Shown: positions 25,192-38,229, counted from the stretch's first letter. The stretch: DNA of 64,000 nucleotides from Octopus vulgaris (GCA_951406725.2 OX597840.1:12152001-12216000); one strand, 5' to 3'. The notes: generated from the letters alone by a model not told the origin. Program-made: numbers and translations.

Positions 25192-26603
25192 CTCTTGAGG
25201 AAAATAAACTCAATCCTTTCACTTTCTCACATAATTTGTTTTTAAATAATTTAATAATTTCTCCTCTATCACAACTATATATATACAGTTGTACTTATAG
25301 TTTAATCATACATATTTTAACACCTATATTTCTAACAGCAGTGATCTTTGTTGATATCTAAAGATGCTGCAAATTCATTCAACTTTAATTAGAATCCAAA
25401 AATCTTGCACACATTCCAAACAATGACTTTTCAGAAATTTTGTTCACAAAAGAAATTTCAATAGAATTCCTCAAAGATTTCTGTAAATCCATGCATCCGT
25501 TCTATCTGTTCTGAATACTATCTTCCAGGATACTGGAGTGAAATATTCTCTCCTGTTAATGTCCTTTGAGGTTCTGAAATAAAAGAGAAATGGAATAAGA
25601 TATATAGCATACTTAAGAAGATGAGATAAAAACAGTGAGAATTCTAGGTTTCAGTCATTGGAATGTGGCCATGCTGACCTAATCAAAGCCATGTGAGTGG
25701 ATTTAATAGATGGAAACTGAATGAAGTCTGGCGTCTGAGAAATAGCTGTGTGTGTATGTATGTATGTATGTATTTATGTGTGTGAAGCAAAGATGGGAAT
25801 GTGGGAAAATATATATGGAAAATCCTAGAAGGGCTGGCACTAAACTTTGGCATCAAGAGTTGTACCAGCCCCCAAACAGGTCATCATTGCATTATTCCAA
25901 GGGTCCCACCCATCCTGTCAAGAATAAGGACCAGATACAGCAGTACCTTGGGATTTGAAGGCCCCCAGTTATTAAATATCTTGCCAAGAAAAACCTTAGA
26001 GAATTACATGCAATAGCTGCAGCAGATATTTTCAAGAAACACCTTGAGCTTCTGCAGTCCAAGATCCCAGATGAAGCTACATCAGGACAAGGAACACAAA
26101 CAAGGGTAGTAATCTCAAACTCACCCTTTCACTGAATAGGTGAGGATACTGGTGGTGACCCAGCATGGTTGTGTGTGTTTCTATTTGTCTCCCACTTGAC
26201 AATCGTTGTTGCTTTGTTTACATCACTGTAGCCTAGTGGTTCAGCAAACAAGGACCAAGAGAATAAGTACCAAGTTGATTTAGTTCTGTTAATCTTTTGC
26301 TTATCACTTCTTTGTCATTAGACTGCAGCCATGCTAGGGCACCACCTTCAATCTTTTTTTTTGGCTCGGGTCAAACACTATAGTTTAGAGGCCATGTTTT
26401 GACAATGTGAATTTTCCGAGGCCTCTCCCCCACCCTGTTCACGAGTGCGCGTTCTTTTTTTTGTTTTTTTCATATTCGTTTAGAGCAAGTTGTTTTACAC
26501 CTATTACACTATTTTTCCTTTGTTTCTTGGCGACTCGGAACATTCACGATGTGAATTTTCGGAGGCCTCTCAACCATGTTTCTTTTTTCATATTCCTTTA
26601 GAG

Positions 26604-26804
26604 CAGTGGTTTTCAACCAGGGTTCCACCAGTACAGTCCAGGGGTTCCGCAAGAAGTTACAAAACTGCTAAAATCGGCAGTAATTTTTAATTCTCCTGTG
26701 TAGATATGTGTGTATAAGACTATTAAATTATTGCACAAGGGTTCCTCGAGCCACTGGAATGTTTCCTTGGGGTTCTGCTCCAGGAAAAAGTTTGAAAAGC
26801 ACTG
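26604..26804 (+). mobile_element. hAT (Buster/Charlie-type) MITE
   Basis: CAGTGGTTTTCAA...TTGAAAAGCACTG TIRs; perfect 8-bp TSD CTTTAGAG. Confidence 0.9.
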
Positions 26805-27649
26805 CTTTAGAGCAAGTTGTTTTACACCTATTACACTATTTTTCTTTAATTTTTTTTTTGCTCAGGTCAAACACTTACTCTATCGCTTTCTGTTCTCTAT
26901 TCTACCAAAGGAACAGCAGAATTCATTCAAGAAATATAACTCTTTATACAAAGCATGCATTCCGATTGTTTATAGACATGCCTCTCCATTGTGGCTTGGT
27001 TTTACATAATATGTAATGGCGAATAAAATATGTTATCAACAACTTCGACCACTGTCCTTTCATTGAATCAGCACCAGCACCATTATTTTCATTTTTAACA
27101 CAACAAGCCGTTACACAGTGATATAGATATATTCAGGCTGTGTGGTAAGTAGCTTGTTTACCAACCACACGGTTCCGGGTTCAGTCTCACTGCGTGGCAC
27201 CTTGCGCATGTGTCTTCTACTATAGCCTCGGGCTGACCAGAGCCTTGTGAGTGGATTTGGTAGACGGAAACTGAAAGAAGCCCGTCGTATATATGTATAT
27301 ATATATATGCATGTGCATGTATGTTTGTGTGTCTGTGTTTGTCCCCCTAGCATTGCTTGACAACCGATGCTGGTGTGTTTACGTCCCCGTCACTTAGCGG
27401 TTCGGCAAAAAGAGACCGATAGAATAAGTACTGGGCTTACAAAGAATAAGTCCCGGGGTCGATTTGCTCGACTAAAGGCGGTGCTCCAGCATGGCCGCAG
27501 TCAAAATGACTGAAACAAGTAAAAGAGTAAAAGAGAAAGAGTTGTTCTAGGATCGACTAGTCGCGCGAGTACGCGCACCGGGACCACTCTTCTTAAACGG
27601 TACCATTAATTACATATTAAGATAAAAGATATAATAATCAAACTCAATG

Positions 27650-27940
27650 TACCTTTGATGTTAGGCACCTTAACCATCCTAGACAGTCACAGAATGGCCC
27701 ACAGCTTCTCCAAACACCGTCCGCTGCTCGGCTCTCTTTCTCTCTCTCCTGTTTCTTACTATTGGCAAATATATTAACAGTGTACATTTGTCTGTTTGTT
27801 TAACATTATATTCACGAATTAAAGTTAATCAGTGGCAAAGGATCGAAACAAAAGCCCTTCTTTTGGCGTCGATTCATAAACGGGTGCAAGGGACAGCGAT
27901 AAGGGGTGGAGACCGACTTCCGGTTGACCATGCGCATGAC
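27650..27940 (-). promoter_or_regulatory. Putative promoter/exon 1 of A4 (single ETS site, different exon-1 3' end)
   Basis: ACTTCCGG at 27916, CATGCGCATG at 27929; module continues into ...cctaacatcaaag|gtacat. Confidence 0.6.
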
Positions 27941-29344
27941 ATAAATGTAAACACAAACATAAACGTTGTGATGTATGAACGGCTTACACACATACATTAA
28001 CCTGTCATTAGACGGCGGTCATGCTGGAACACCAGCTCGAACTGTTTCTGTCGAACGAACCGACCCTAGTACTTTTGTTTGTTTTTTCTTTATATAATAA
28101 TAAAGATATTCAGGCGATCGGTATAGGTACACACGTGACATTGTTTACAAGATAAGAGAAACCCTTTTCTCCCACTCCTAACACAAACCCTAACCCCCCA
28201 TATATATATATAAAAAAAAACAAACACTTTCTTGAAATGTATCCGGTACTTCCGGTACCTATACCGAAGTTACGCTGATTATTTATTCTGTCGATCTATT
28301 TTTGCAGAAGCGCTAATTTCCTGGAACGCAAACAAGCACCGGTTGTCAAGCAGTGTTTGGTAACCAACACAAACATTCACGGCCATGCTGGAGTCTTTTA
28401 CTTGTTTCAGTCATTTGACTGCGGCCATGCTGGAGTACCGCCTTTACTCGAACAAATCGACCCTAGGACTTATTTTTTGTAAGCCTAGTAGTTATTCTGT
28501 CGGTCAATTTTTCCGAACCGCCAAGTTACGGGGACGTAAACTCACCAACATCGGTTGTCAAGCAATGGCGGGGAGACAGGCACAGACACACATATATATA
28601 CACTGATATATATATATATATATATACATACACACACAACACACACTTTCCCCTCATCCATCACCCTCTTGTACTGTCTTATATTCCTCCCCACCACTAC
28701 AAACTCAATACCACTATAAAATGGTCAAACCATTTCACACAGGAACTTAGTTTGATTTGAAAACCCCACTAGAATGGGAGAAAGCGCTAATACATGATCT
28801 AAGTTATATGATGTATAAAAAATATAATATACAAATAAATATCTGTAAATATAAACCATCCGATTTTCTGAGTACCTCATTTCTCCTAATATAAAATACC
28901 TGTACATCATCTCCAAACCTTCAAATATATATCTATATATATACTCTTTTCTCTTTTCTCTTTACTCTTTTACTTGTTTCAGTCATTTGACTGCGGCCAT
29001 GCTGGAGCACCGCCTTTAATCGAGCAACTCGAGCCCGGGACTTATTCTTTTTGTAAGCCCAGTACTTATTCTATCGGTCTCTTTTGCCGAACCGCTAAGT
29101 AACGGGGACATAAACACACCAGCATCGGTTGTCATTGGGACAAACACAGACACACAAATACACACACGCATATATATATACATATATACGACGGGCTTCT
29201 TTTCAGTTTCCGTCTACCAAATCCACTCACAAGGCTTTGGTCGGCCCGAGGCAATAGTAGAAGACACTTGCCCAAGGTGCCACGCAGTGGGACTGAACCC
29301 GGAACCATGTGGTTGGTAAACAAGCTACTTACCACACATATAAT

Positions 29345-32146
29345 CAGGTGTACGGTTCTTGGAAGCAAGGGATGTAAGGTTTCCCTTAAAAAATTATAGA
29401 AATAAAATTGAAACTATATTACTTATTTTTCATAAGATCATTCTAATGCTTTGTAAGATTAACATAAACCACATGACATGACAGACTTTTATTGTCGGAA
29501 TTAGCATGAGACAACAAGCAGCGGTAGTCGACGAAAAAAACCTGTACAAGGGAAGCAACACGGGCTGTTGCATCCCGTTCGGTGTAATATTTTAACAATT
29601 TTTTCCTAGTAAAAGCTGATAAGGATTAGTTTTAGAGGTTAATGATTTTAGATGCTAATAAGTACTTATACGCTTATATTACGTTTCTGTCAATTCGCGA
29701 TACCTATGATATATATATATAATCTTACTTTGTTAAGTAACGCATAGGAAAAAGGAAGCAAGTTGACATTCTGCTTCCGTCAGCAAAACGGTGAAAAGAT
29801 AACGCGTGTAGTTTCTGCGTTTATTCAACTAATATTTTATACTTTTCCAAATTACAGAACACCCTTAATATAAAATGGACGTGAAAAGGAATTGCGTATC
29901 AAGTCAGTGTAACTGCGTAATTGAAAGTTTGTTGAGTAACAAGTTTTCTTCGAGAACTTACGCTGAAAAAGTATGTACTGTTCAAAGGGGTAGACCAATG
30001 CCTGATGTTTCTTTAACGAGTAAAGCAAAAAATTGTATTCGAAAGTTTAGCAAAGTGCAATATGAGAAGACTAAGTGGTTAGCAGCTTGTTCTGGCTTCA
30101 ATAAATTTTACTGTTGGCCCTGCCTGTTATTTAACAACGAAAGAGGTACGTGGAATTCATATGGATTTTCTGATTTAAATAATTTGCATAAAGCCATTAA
30201 AAGACACGAGCTATCTTCTTCTCATTTAACATCAGTGATTAATTTAACAAGATTCGGAAAAACGCGTACTGATTTTTTATTAAACAGCCAACATCGAAAG
30301 AATATTGAGACTCATAATGAAAAAGTAAAGAAAAATAGGGAGATCTTAAGACGATTAATTGATGTAGTTTGTTTTTTAAGTGAGCAACAACTCGCATTCA
30401 GAGATCATGAAGAATCAGCTGATCCTGATAATGAGGGTAATTACGTTGAAATACTCCACCTCTGTAAGAAATACGATCCTATATTATCAAATTTGCAAGA
30501 GGCAGGCATTTTTTCTGACACTTCAAACAGATTTCAAAATGATTTAATAAATAGCGTGGCTGAAGTTCTTTTAGAAAAGATTAAATCGGAAATTAACGAT
30601 TCAACATTTGTGGCTATTATTTTAGATGAAGCGAGTGAAATTAGAACTGGAGCACAACTTTCATTTGTTGTAAGATATGTTTTAAGTGACGGTAATATTG
30701 CAGAAAGATTTTTAGGATTTTTAAACGTAGGTTCTGATCGTACAGCAAGTGGTTTGTCAAAGATTGTGTTCGATAAAATAGAAGAGTTAAAAATTGGTCA
30801 TAAGTTTGTGGCTCAAACTTATGATGGTGCAAGTGTGATGTCAAGCGAATTAAATGGTTTGCAAAAGAAAGTTAAAGAAAAGTATCCTAATGCTTTTTTT
30901 GTTCATTGTATGGCCCATAGATTAAATCTAGTTCTGTCTCAAGCGGCTGCAAATATTCAAGAATGCGATAAGTTTTTTTCACAGATAAAGTCTTTTTCGT
31001 TATTTTTTTGTAAGTTGACCAAACGCGTGCATCAATTCGATACTGAAATTAAAAGGCATTTTCCAAAAGTGGCGCCAACTGACTGGAACTTGAATCATTC
31101 GTTGGTAGAAACAGTACGTGAATATCATGAGAAACTTGCTGATTTATTCCTAAACATCATTGATAATTCAAGTAAATGGGATACAGAAAGCTATACCTAT
31201 GCTCAGGCGTTGTATTCTAATTTACAAAATTGTGAATTCAATTTTTTGTTAAATGTGTTTGGAGATATTTTTATTTGCACAAATACAGCATTTGACATCC
31301 TCCAGACAAAACCATTTGACGTATCCTACTGTGTTCATACAATAAATGAAATTGTGAAAGTTTTGAAAGAAAAAAAGCATGATTTTCCTAAATTTTGGGC
31401 TAACGTTGATGGCATTTATCCTCAAATAAAGAAAAGAAAAACTGCTTTTGAAACAGAAGAAGAAAGATACAGGCAGCTGTTCTACAAAATTATAGATTTA
31501 ATTTGCGAGCAAATTGAGATAAGATTTCAAAATTTAAATGAATTACATTTTTTAGCGCTTCTCGATCCAATGAGACAGAGTAACAACGTCCAGGAAACAT
31601 CTTTAACTTCCCTTAAACATTCCTATGAAGACTATTTCGACAGCCAAAAGTTAAGAAGCGAACTTACTGCTTTGTACAAAGATGCTGAACTGAAAGGAAA
31701 ATCCGTTCAAGATTTACTTTGCATTCTGCATAATAGTGGATTAGATGAAGCTTTGCCCCAGTTAACGAAGCTTTGTGAATTAATATTAACACTACCAACA
31801 AGTGCTACATTGGAGCGCTCTCTTTCATACCTAAGCAGAATTCATAATTATACAAGAAATTCGCAGGGACAAGAAAAGTCGAGCAGTTTAGCTCTAATTG
31901 GCATAGAAAAAGCCGTTTTAAAAAGCATTAAGAACGATAGCTTCTACAATGATGTTATCAACAATTTCAACAAGAAGCAGAGAAGGATTGAATTAATATT
32001 TAAATAAAATAGGTAAGTTTTAATTGTGATTTCGTTTATTTTGAAAATAGCTGTATAATATGAACATGTCAATTTGATTCAAAATATCTATGACAGAAAA
32101 TTTTGGTCATTGCTTCACCAGCCAGAAAGATTACCACACGCCCCTG
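29345..32146 (+). mobile_element. Probable extent of hAT element around the transposase ORF, with degenerate termini
   Basis: Left CAGGTGTACGGT vs right end reverse complement CAGGGGCGTGTGGT; subterminal GGAAGCA/TGCTTC motifs at ~29361, 29552, 29754-29778, 32111; 8-bp flanks (catataat / attataca) do not match. Confidence 0.55.
29875..32007 (+). CDS. hAT-family transposase-derived protein (ZMYM1-like/Tip100-type; TTF zinc finger, DUF4371-like region, RNaseH-like core, hATC dimerisation region), 710 aa
   Basis: WL...YCWPCLLF...HELSSSH; AFRDHEE; ILDEASE; QTYDGASVM; HCMAHRLNL; LTLPTSATLERSLS; uninterrupted ORF. Confidence 0.9.
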   Translation: MDVKRNCVSSQCNCVIESLLSNKFSSRTYAEKVCTVQRGRPMPDVSLTSKAKNCIRKFSKVQYEKTKWLAACSGFNKFYCWPCLLFNNERGTWNSYGFSDLNNLHKAIKRHELSSSHLTSVINLTRFGKTRTDFLLNSQHRKNIETHNEKVKKNREILRRLIDVVCFLSEQQLAFRDHEESADPDNEGNYVEILHLCKKYDPILSNLQEAGIFSDTSNRFQNDLINSVAEVLLEKIKSEINDSTFVAIILDEASEIRTGAQLSFVVRYVLSDGNIAERFLGFLNVGSDRTASGLSKIVFDKIEELKIGHKFVAQTYDGASVMSSELNGLQKKVKEKYPNAFFVHCMAHRLNLVLSQAAANIQECDKFFSQIKSFSLFFCKLTKRVHQFDTEIKRHFPKVAPTDWNLNHSLVETVREYHEKLADLFLNIIDNSSKWDTESYTYAQALYSNLQNCEFNFLLNVFGDIFICTNTAFDILQTKPFDVSYCVHTINEIVKVLKEKKHDFPKFWANVDGIYPQIKKRKTAFETEEERYRQLFYKIIDLICEQIEIRFQNLNELHFLALLDPMRQSNNVQETSLTSLKHSYEDYFDSQKLRSELTALYKDAELKGKSVQDLLCILHNSGLDEALPQLTKLCELILTLPTSATLERSLSYLSRIHNYTRNSQGQEKSSSLALIGIEKAVLKSIKNDSFYNDVINNFNKKQRRIELIFK

Positions 32147-32593
32147 ATTATACATACATACATACACGTAAAAAGCACCAACCGATCGTGGCCGTTTGCC
32201 AGCCTCCTCTGGCCCCTGTGCCGGTGGCACCCACTACACTCATGGAGTGGTTGGCGTTAGGAGGAGCATCCAGCTGTAGAAACACTGTCAGATCAGACTG
32301 GAGCCTGGTGTAGCCTCCTGGCTTCCCAGACCCCGGTCGAACCGTCCAACCCATGCTAGCATGGAAAACAGACGTTAAGCGATGATGATACATACACACA
32401 TACATGCATGACGGGCTTCTTTCTGTTTCTGTCTTGCAACTCCACTCACAAAGCTTTGGTCAGCCCGAGGCTATAGTAGGAGACGCCCAAGGTGCTACGC
32501 AGTAGGACAGAACCACGAAACCATGTGGTTCAGAGGCAAGCTTCTTACCACACTGCCAACCATTGTTATGTGTGTGTGTGTGTATATATATAT

Positions 32594-33129
32594 GAGTTAC
32601 CTTCTCCTAGAAGGATGCCCTAACAAAGGCTAAGAGTCCTTCACTCCCAATGGTTTAACCGCGCGATCGCGAGAAATCTCGAGTTGCATATGAGAAAGTA
32701 AGGAGGGATGTCAGGAAGAGCATCGCTGTTACACTTCCAGAAGGGAAGGGTCTTCCTTTGATTCTGACATGCAGTGTCTGTGCAAGACTCTGCCTCAGTA
32801 AAGCTGGACTCATGAGTCATCTTCGTAGTCATGAAACGAGACAGATGAGTGACAACCAGGCCACTGGTGGTGGTGTAACACACCATACTAATTATATCTG
32901 TCGGGCATGTGGAAGAGAGTGTAATTCGGCAGGAGGACTTAAACGACATGCAAAGGTACATGAAGCCCAGTTACAACTACAGCTGGCTATTACCAGTAAA
33001 TGTCTTAGTTGCTAATTTTGTACAAGACATTGTAGATCTTTAGCTGGGCTAAAAAGTCACATTCAATCACAGCACCAGTAACAGTTAAACTTCGTGCAAT
33101 GGCCATACTCGATAACGAGGGGGCAGCCA

Positions 33130-33130
<1 letters not shown>
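32594..33130 (+). mobile_element. Second copy of the RTE-like 3' end, fused to a short RTE-like 5' head
   Basis: 32671-33130 aligns to 21920-22380; 32594-32670 (gagttaccttctcctag...aaggctaagag) resembles RTE 5' UTRs. Confidence 0.6.
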
Positions 33131-33196
<66 letters not shown>

Positions 33197-33561
33197 AATA
33201 AAAAATGGAGTCAACGCAGGTTTAAACAAGTATTTTTTCTTTCTACATATGTTTCAAAAATTCCACTGATACTTATTCAAAAGAATAAAAGGTATAAACA
33301 ATGCAATCTTCTCTTCGGGAAAGTGAAAAAACGAAACTTGTCAATACGACATTTTTGAAAAAATGTAGAAAGAAAAAATACTTGTTTAAACCTGCGTTGA
33401 CTCCATTTTTTATTCCTATTATTCAAATATTCAACGTAAACACGAAGTTTCACCCTTTATAAACAAGGAGTTACAACATCTTTACTTGTGAGATTTTTGC
33501 TGCCCTGGTAACTATTCATTCATTTATCCGTGTTAATTGTTAACAAGGTAAAATACACTCA

Positions 33562-33601
<40 letters not shown>

Positions 33602-33776
33602 ATTTATTATATAGGAGCTTCTACAGGACTAGAACTGTTTCATTCAAGAGTCCTGACTAGAACTGTTTCATTCATTCTAGTCCTGTAGAAGCTCCTTCTA
33701 TATAATAAATTAATTTTACTCTACTATGTATTGAGTACCTTATTTACTGTGGTTAACCCCGAATCAACCCGGGACC

Positions 33777-33816
<40 letters not shown>

Positions 33817-34139
33817 TATATACACATAACAATGGCTGGTAAAGTACACCGTATTTCGATTTGCAACCATAATATACTATTCAGTATATTAAAGGGTTGT
33901 AAGTCAGTATTGTGTCATACTTTTGTGTTAGCAGTGCATTATTTTCATTTTTAAGTTTATCTCTACTGGCTATATAATCAGTGCTAGCTCCAAATTCTAT
34001 AGATAATTATATACAGAATTTGGAGCCAGCACCGAGTTTCATATACGAATAAGCAACGCGATCGGGGATAGAAAACAGGTGTATGTGCGTATTTCAGGAT
34101 TTATCACTCCTTCTGCGTCACATCCAACTCATTGGATGT

Positions 34140-34440
34140 GACGCCCTTTTCAAACCTAGCCTGGCTCATGGGCCTGGTTTCTGTAGCGTATGTGTCTCCC
34201 CCCCCCCCCCAGCTGGACGGGACGCCAGTCCATCGCAGCGTTACTCAAGAAACAGGAAGAGAGAGAGAGAGAGAAAGTTGTGGCGAAAGAGTACAATAGG
34301 GATCACCACAACCCCCTCACCTGCCGGAGCCTCGTGGAACTCTTTAGGTGTTTTCACTCAATAAATACACACAACGCCCGGTCTGGGAATCGAAACCGCG
34401 AGTCCGCTGCTCTAACCACTGGGCCATTGCGCCTCCATCT
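34140..34440 (-). mobile_element. tRNA-derived SINE family 3 (also 44252-44540-, 45890-45995-)
   Basis: Head ggaggcgcaatggcccagtggttag...gtttcgattcc. Confidence 0.75.
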
Positions 34441-34642
34441 ATGAATATATTTCTTGAATGATCTAAGTTTAGTGGTGTAATACTATTGGATAGATCAGCT
34501 TACTTATTAAACACATTGCTTGCTAACAATTAATACGTAGTCGGTTTATGACAAAATATACATAATACTTAAAGATTACTATAGACCCAGTGTAGGATAT
34601 GCAAAAATATACTTTGTGCTTTACACAGTTGATTTATATTTA

Positions 34643-34906
34643 GGCATTCTTTCGATATAACTCGACAAAATCAAAACACTTCACTTGGGGTATTTCCGTG
34701 GAAGCAAATGACAGTTCGATTCTTGTTTTCTGCCTGGAAATTTGCGGATTTTACATACACACCTGAAACAGGTAAGAACAAATATGCAAGGCTTTGTTTC
34801 TTCAAGTTTAAAACGAGAAATATTTCGTTATATCTATACTCCACAACCCACGGAAATACCCGAAGTGAAATGTTTTGATTTTGTCGAGTTATATCGAAGG
34901 AATGCC
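34643..34906 (+). mobile_element. Merlin-like MITE family 1
   Basis: ~57-bp TIRs GGCATTC...GAATGCC; 8-bp TSD TATATTTA. Confidence 0.8.
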
Positions 34907-35239
34907 TATATTTAATTCGATTTCCTTAAATCAATGAAACTGATCAAGTATTCAATAATATAGATGTGCTTCCAACTAGACATGGACGTGAATTAGGAAG
35001 ATAGCGCCGAGACACCCGCGGTGCTGGTTTGTTTGTGTTCCCGTAAATTAGTATTCCTGCAACAAAGAGACCGATATCAAGATTACAAAAAAAAAATGTT
35101 GAGAACTGGGGTCGATTCGCTTGACAGAAACCCTTCGATGTGATGTCTCAGAATGTACGTGTGTATATTTATGTGTGGGGGTGTATATGCTTTTCGTGCG
35201 CTATAATATTCGTGTTTATGTCATGTTTACATATTTACG

Positions 35240-35492
35240 GTATTCGCCCGGTCGACCGGAAATCAGCCCCCACCGCTCTTTCACATCTATATAGACAGAC
35301 GTAGAAGTAAGGTTTTATTAATGATTTGCCACTAATTAACTTTAATTTATGAATTTAACATAAAAAAAAGAGTTGTTTTAGCCAACTGCAAACAAACATA
35401 CTGTTATTATATTTCCCAATAATCAGAAACTCTAGAGAGAGAGCTGACCAGCGGAAGGTCTTTGGAGAAGTTATCACATCTGTTCCATTTTG

Positions 35493-35530
<38 letters not shown>

Positions 35531-35830
35531 CAAATACAAAATATAAATTACAAAGTGGGACAAGAACGCAAAAACACACAAAGAGACGACACAAAAGAAC
35601 AGACGGGTCACTCGAAGCCTCTAATCTTCAGTCGGAACCGGATCATCTTAGCAATTTCGGCTGTTTATACTGCACCACTCGTTGTTTTATGTACAGGATT
35701 AGTAATATTTCGTTTCAACGGTATTAAGAAGCATCCTCTAATGTATTTCGGCCTAAAAGGTTACCCCTTCTTCTGTCTCATTCTGTAACCCTCCCGGACG
35801 GTTAAGGTGCCCAACATCCAAGGTACATTG
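35240..35830 (+). promoter_or_regulatory. Diverged promoter/exon 1 module upstream of A5, interrupted by (TA)n and a repeat
   Basis: ggtcgaccggaaatc, tttgccactaattaactttaattt, cagcggaaggtctttggagaag match the module; homology resumes at ~35780 (ggtgcccaacatccaag|gtacat). Confidence 0.5.
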
Positions 35831-36740
35831 AATCTGATTAATATGTTTTTTTATCTTAATATATAATTAATATATCTTTTATATAGCCACTTCGACTGGA
35901 AATATACATATATATTTAACATCAGGTGATGCTAATGTAATCATTCTTTTATCTGTTTTATCATAATGTGTGTATATATTACTCTTTACTCTTTTACTTG
36001 TTTCAGTCATTTGACTGCGGCCATGCTGGAGCACCGCCTTTAATCGAGCAACTCGACTCCGGGACTTATTCTTTTGTAAGCCCAGTACTTATTCTATCGG
36101 TCTCTTTTGCCGAACCGCTAAGTAACAAGGACATAAACACACCAGCATCGGTTGTCAAGCAATGCTAGGGGAACAAACACAGACACACAAACACGCATAT
36201 ATATATACATACATATATACGACGGGCTTCTTTCAGTTTTCGTCTATCAACTCTATTCACAAGGCTTTGGTCGGCCCGAGGCTATAGTAGAAGACACTTG
36301 CCCAAGGTGCCACGCAGTGGGACTGAACCTGGAACCATGTGGTTGGTAAACAAGCTACTTACCACACAGCCACTCCTGCGCCCGTCGCCACTCCTTGTGT
36401 TAGTCATGGGCCTGCAGCCATGCTGTGGGCACCGCCTTTTGGGCCCCCACTCTTTTTTAGTTGAAATAAATCAAGCCTAGTACTTATTTTAAAAGCCCGA
36501 TACTTACTCTATTGGACCATGTTTGCCGAACCGATAGGTCGAAGGTACGTAAGGAAGCCAACAGCAATTGTCAAGTGGCGAGGAACAAACACAAACACAC
36601 ACACACACACACATATTTACTCTTATGCGTTTCAGCCTAAATGTTCTGGTCATGATATCACTTATTCCGATAATTCTCAACTAGTGCGGTGGAATAATTG
36701 AAAGACAATCAAAGATTTAGAAAGTTTCAAAAGGGAATAT

Positions 36741-36904
36741 GGCGCAGGAGTGGCTGTGTGGTAAGTAGCTTGTTTACCAACCACATGGTTCCGGGTTCAG
36801 TCCCACTGCGTGGCACCTTGGGCAAGTGCCTTCTACTATAGCCTCAGGCCGACCAAAGTTTTTGAGTGGATTTGGTAGTCGGAAACTGAAAGAAGCCCGT
36901 CGTA

Positions 36905-36951
<47 letters not shown>

Positions 36952-37170
36952 ATGGTTGTGTGTCTGTGTTTGTTCCCCTAGCATTGCTTGACAACCGATG
37001 CTGGTGTGTTTATGTCCCCGTTACTTAGCGGTTCAGCAAAAGAGACTGATAGAATAAGTACTGGGCTTACAAAGAATAAGTCCCGGGGTCGAGTTGCTCG
37101 ATTAAAGGTGGTGCACCAGCATGGCCGCAGTCAAAGTGACTGAAACAAGTAAAAAGAGAAAAAAAAAGAG
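36741..37170 (+). mobile_element. tRNA-derived SINE family 1 (full length, internal (TA)n(TG)n tract). Other copies: 17992-18370+, 20880-21380+, 27135-27535+, 28950-29338-, 35980-36380-, 56738-57145-, 59676-60083+, 61891-62295-, plus many fragments
   Basis: A-box-like TGGCTGTGTGG, B-box-like GGTTCAGTCCC, conserved body, (GTAAAAGA)n tail; many dispersed near-identical copies. Confidence 0.9.
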
Positions 37171-38229
37171 AATGATTTGAAAATTTAGAATACTATTGGA
37201 CTCTTTTTAGATATACCACCAGAAACAACATCCATCTGTCTCTTCAAAAGTACTATTTATTCTTCTACAGTTCTCCACGACATATCGCAGTGAACAAGGA
37301 TCTTCAGTTCTGGCAAAACTGAGGGAAAGGCTTTGTGTTGATGAGGAGGTGAGAGTTTGTTTATCTCAAATTAGGCCTAATATAAAGGAGATTACTCGAC
37401 AAAAACAAGTTTATACCTTGCATTAAATTTGTGTACTTTAATCATATCATAAGTTTTTTTGTGTTATATATTATGTTTAACGAACTATTAATTGTTTTTT
37501 TTTTTAAATTTTAAATGCATTTCTATCACTTAAAATTTGGTGAGGCATGAGCAAATTTTCATTCTGAAAACGCGGCCCAAAGAAAAAAATGTTGGGGAAC
37601 CACTGATCTATTCATTATTGTTGGTCTTTGGTGAAGGAATAAGTTTGATATTTCTGCCCTCGTTTGAGTTTTTTGCCAAGATGTAGGTTCATTTGGGATC
37701 TTGGACAAGGTGCTTCTTGAAAATATCTACTGCTACAGCATATAGATGTGTCAGGTTTTTTTTTGGCAGCATATTAAATAGCCATGGGTTTTGAATCCCA
37801 AGGTATTGGTTGTTATCTGGCCCTGTTGTTATATGATGGGTGAGACCTTTGGAACAATGCAGTGATGTTCTGTTCAGGGGTTGGTATAACTTTTGATGTC
37901 AAAGTTTGGTGCCAGCCCCTCTAGGACCTTTAATATGTATATTACCACATATGTCTCCTCTTTGCTCCACACACACACACACACATCATCATCATCTGTT
38001 TCCATGCTGGCATGGGTTGGATGGTTTGACAGGCTCCACTCTGATCTGGCAGAGTTTCTACAGCTGAATGCCCTTCCTAACACCAACCACTCCAAGAGTG
38101 TAGTGGGTGCTTTTTACATGCCACCAATATGGGAGCCAGTCAGGCAGAACTGGCAATGACCCACTCATGAATGATACTTATTGCATACCACCAGCATGGG
38201 AGCCAGTCAGGTGGCACTGGCATTGGCCA

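Noticed and set aside
26604-32146. Idea that the hAT ORF mobilises the nearby hAT MITEs or rearranges the ZNF cassettes in a RAG-like way
   Set aside because: MITE ends (CAGTGGTTTTCAA, Buster-type TSD) do not match the element's ends, and no TIR-like signals were found at cassette or finger boundaries
36741-36815. tRNA-like A/B boxes
   Set aside because: SINE heads continuing into the SINE body; no complete cloverleaf seen
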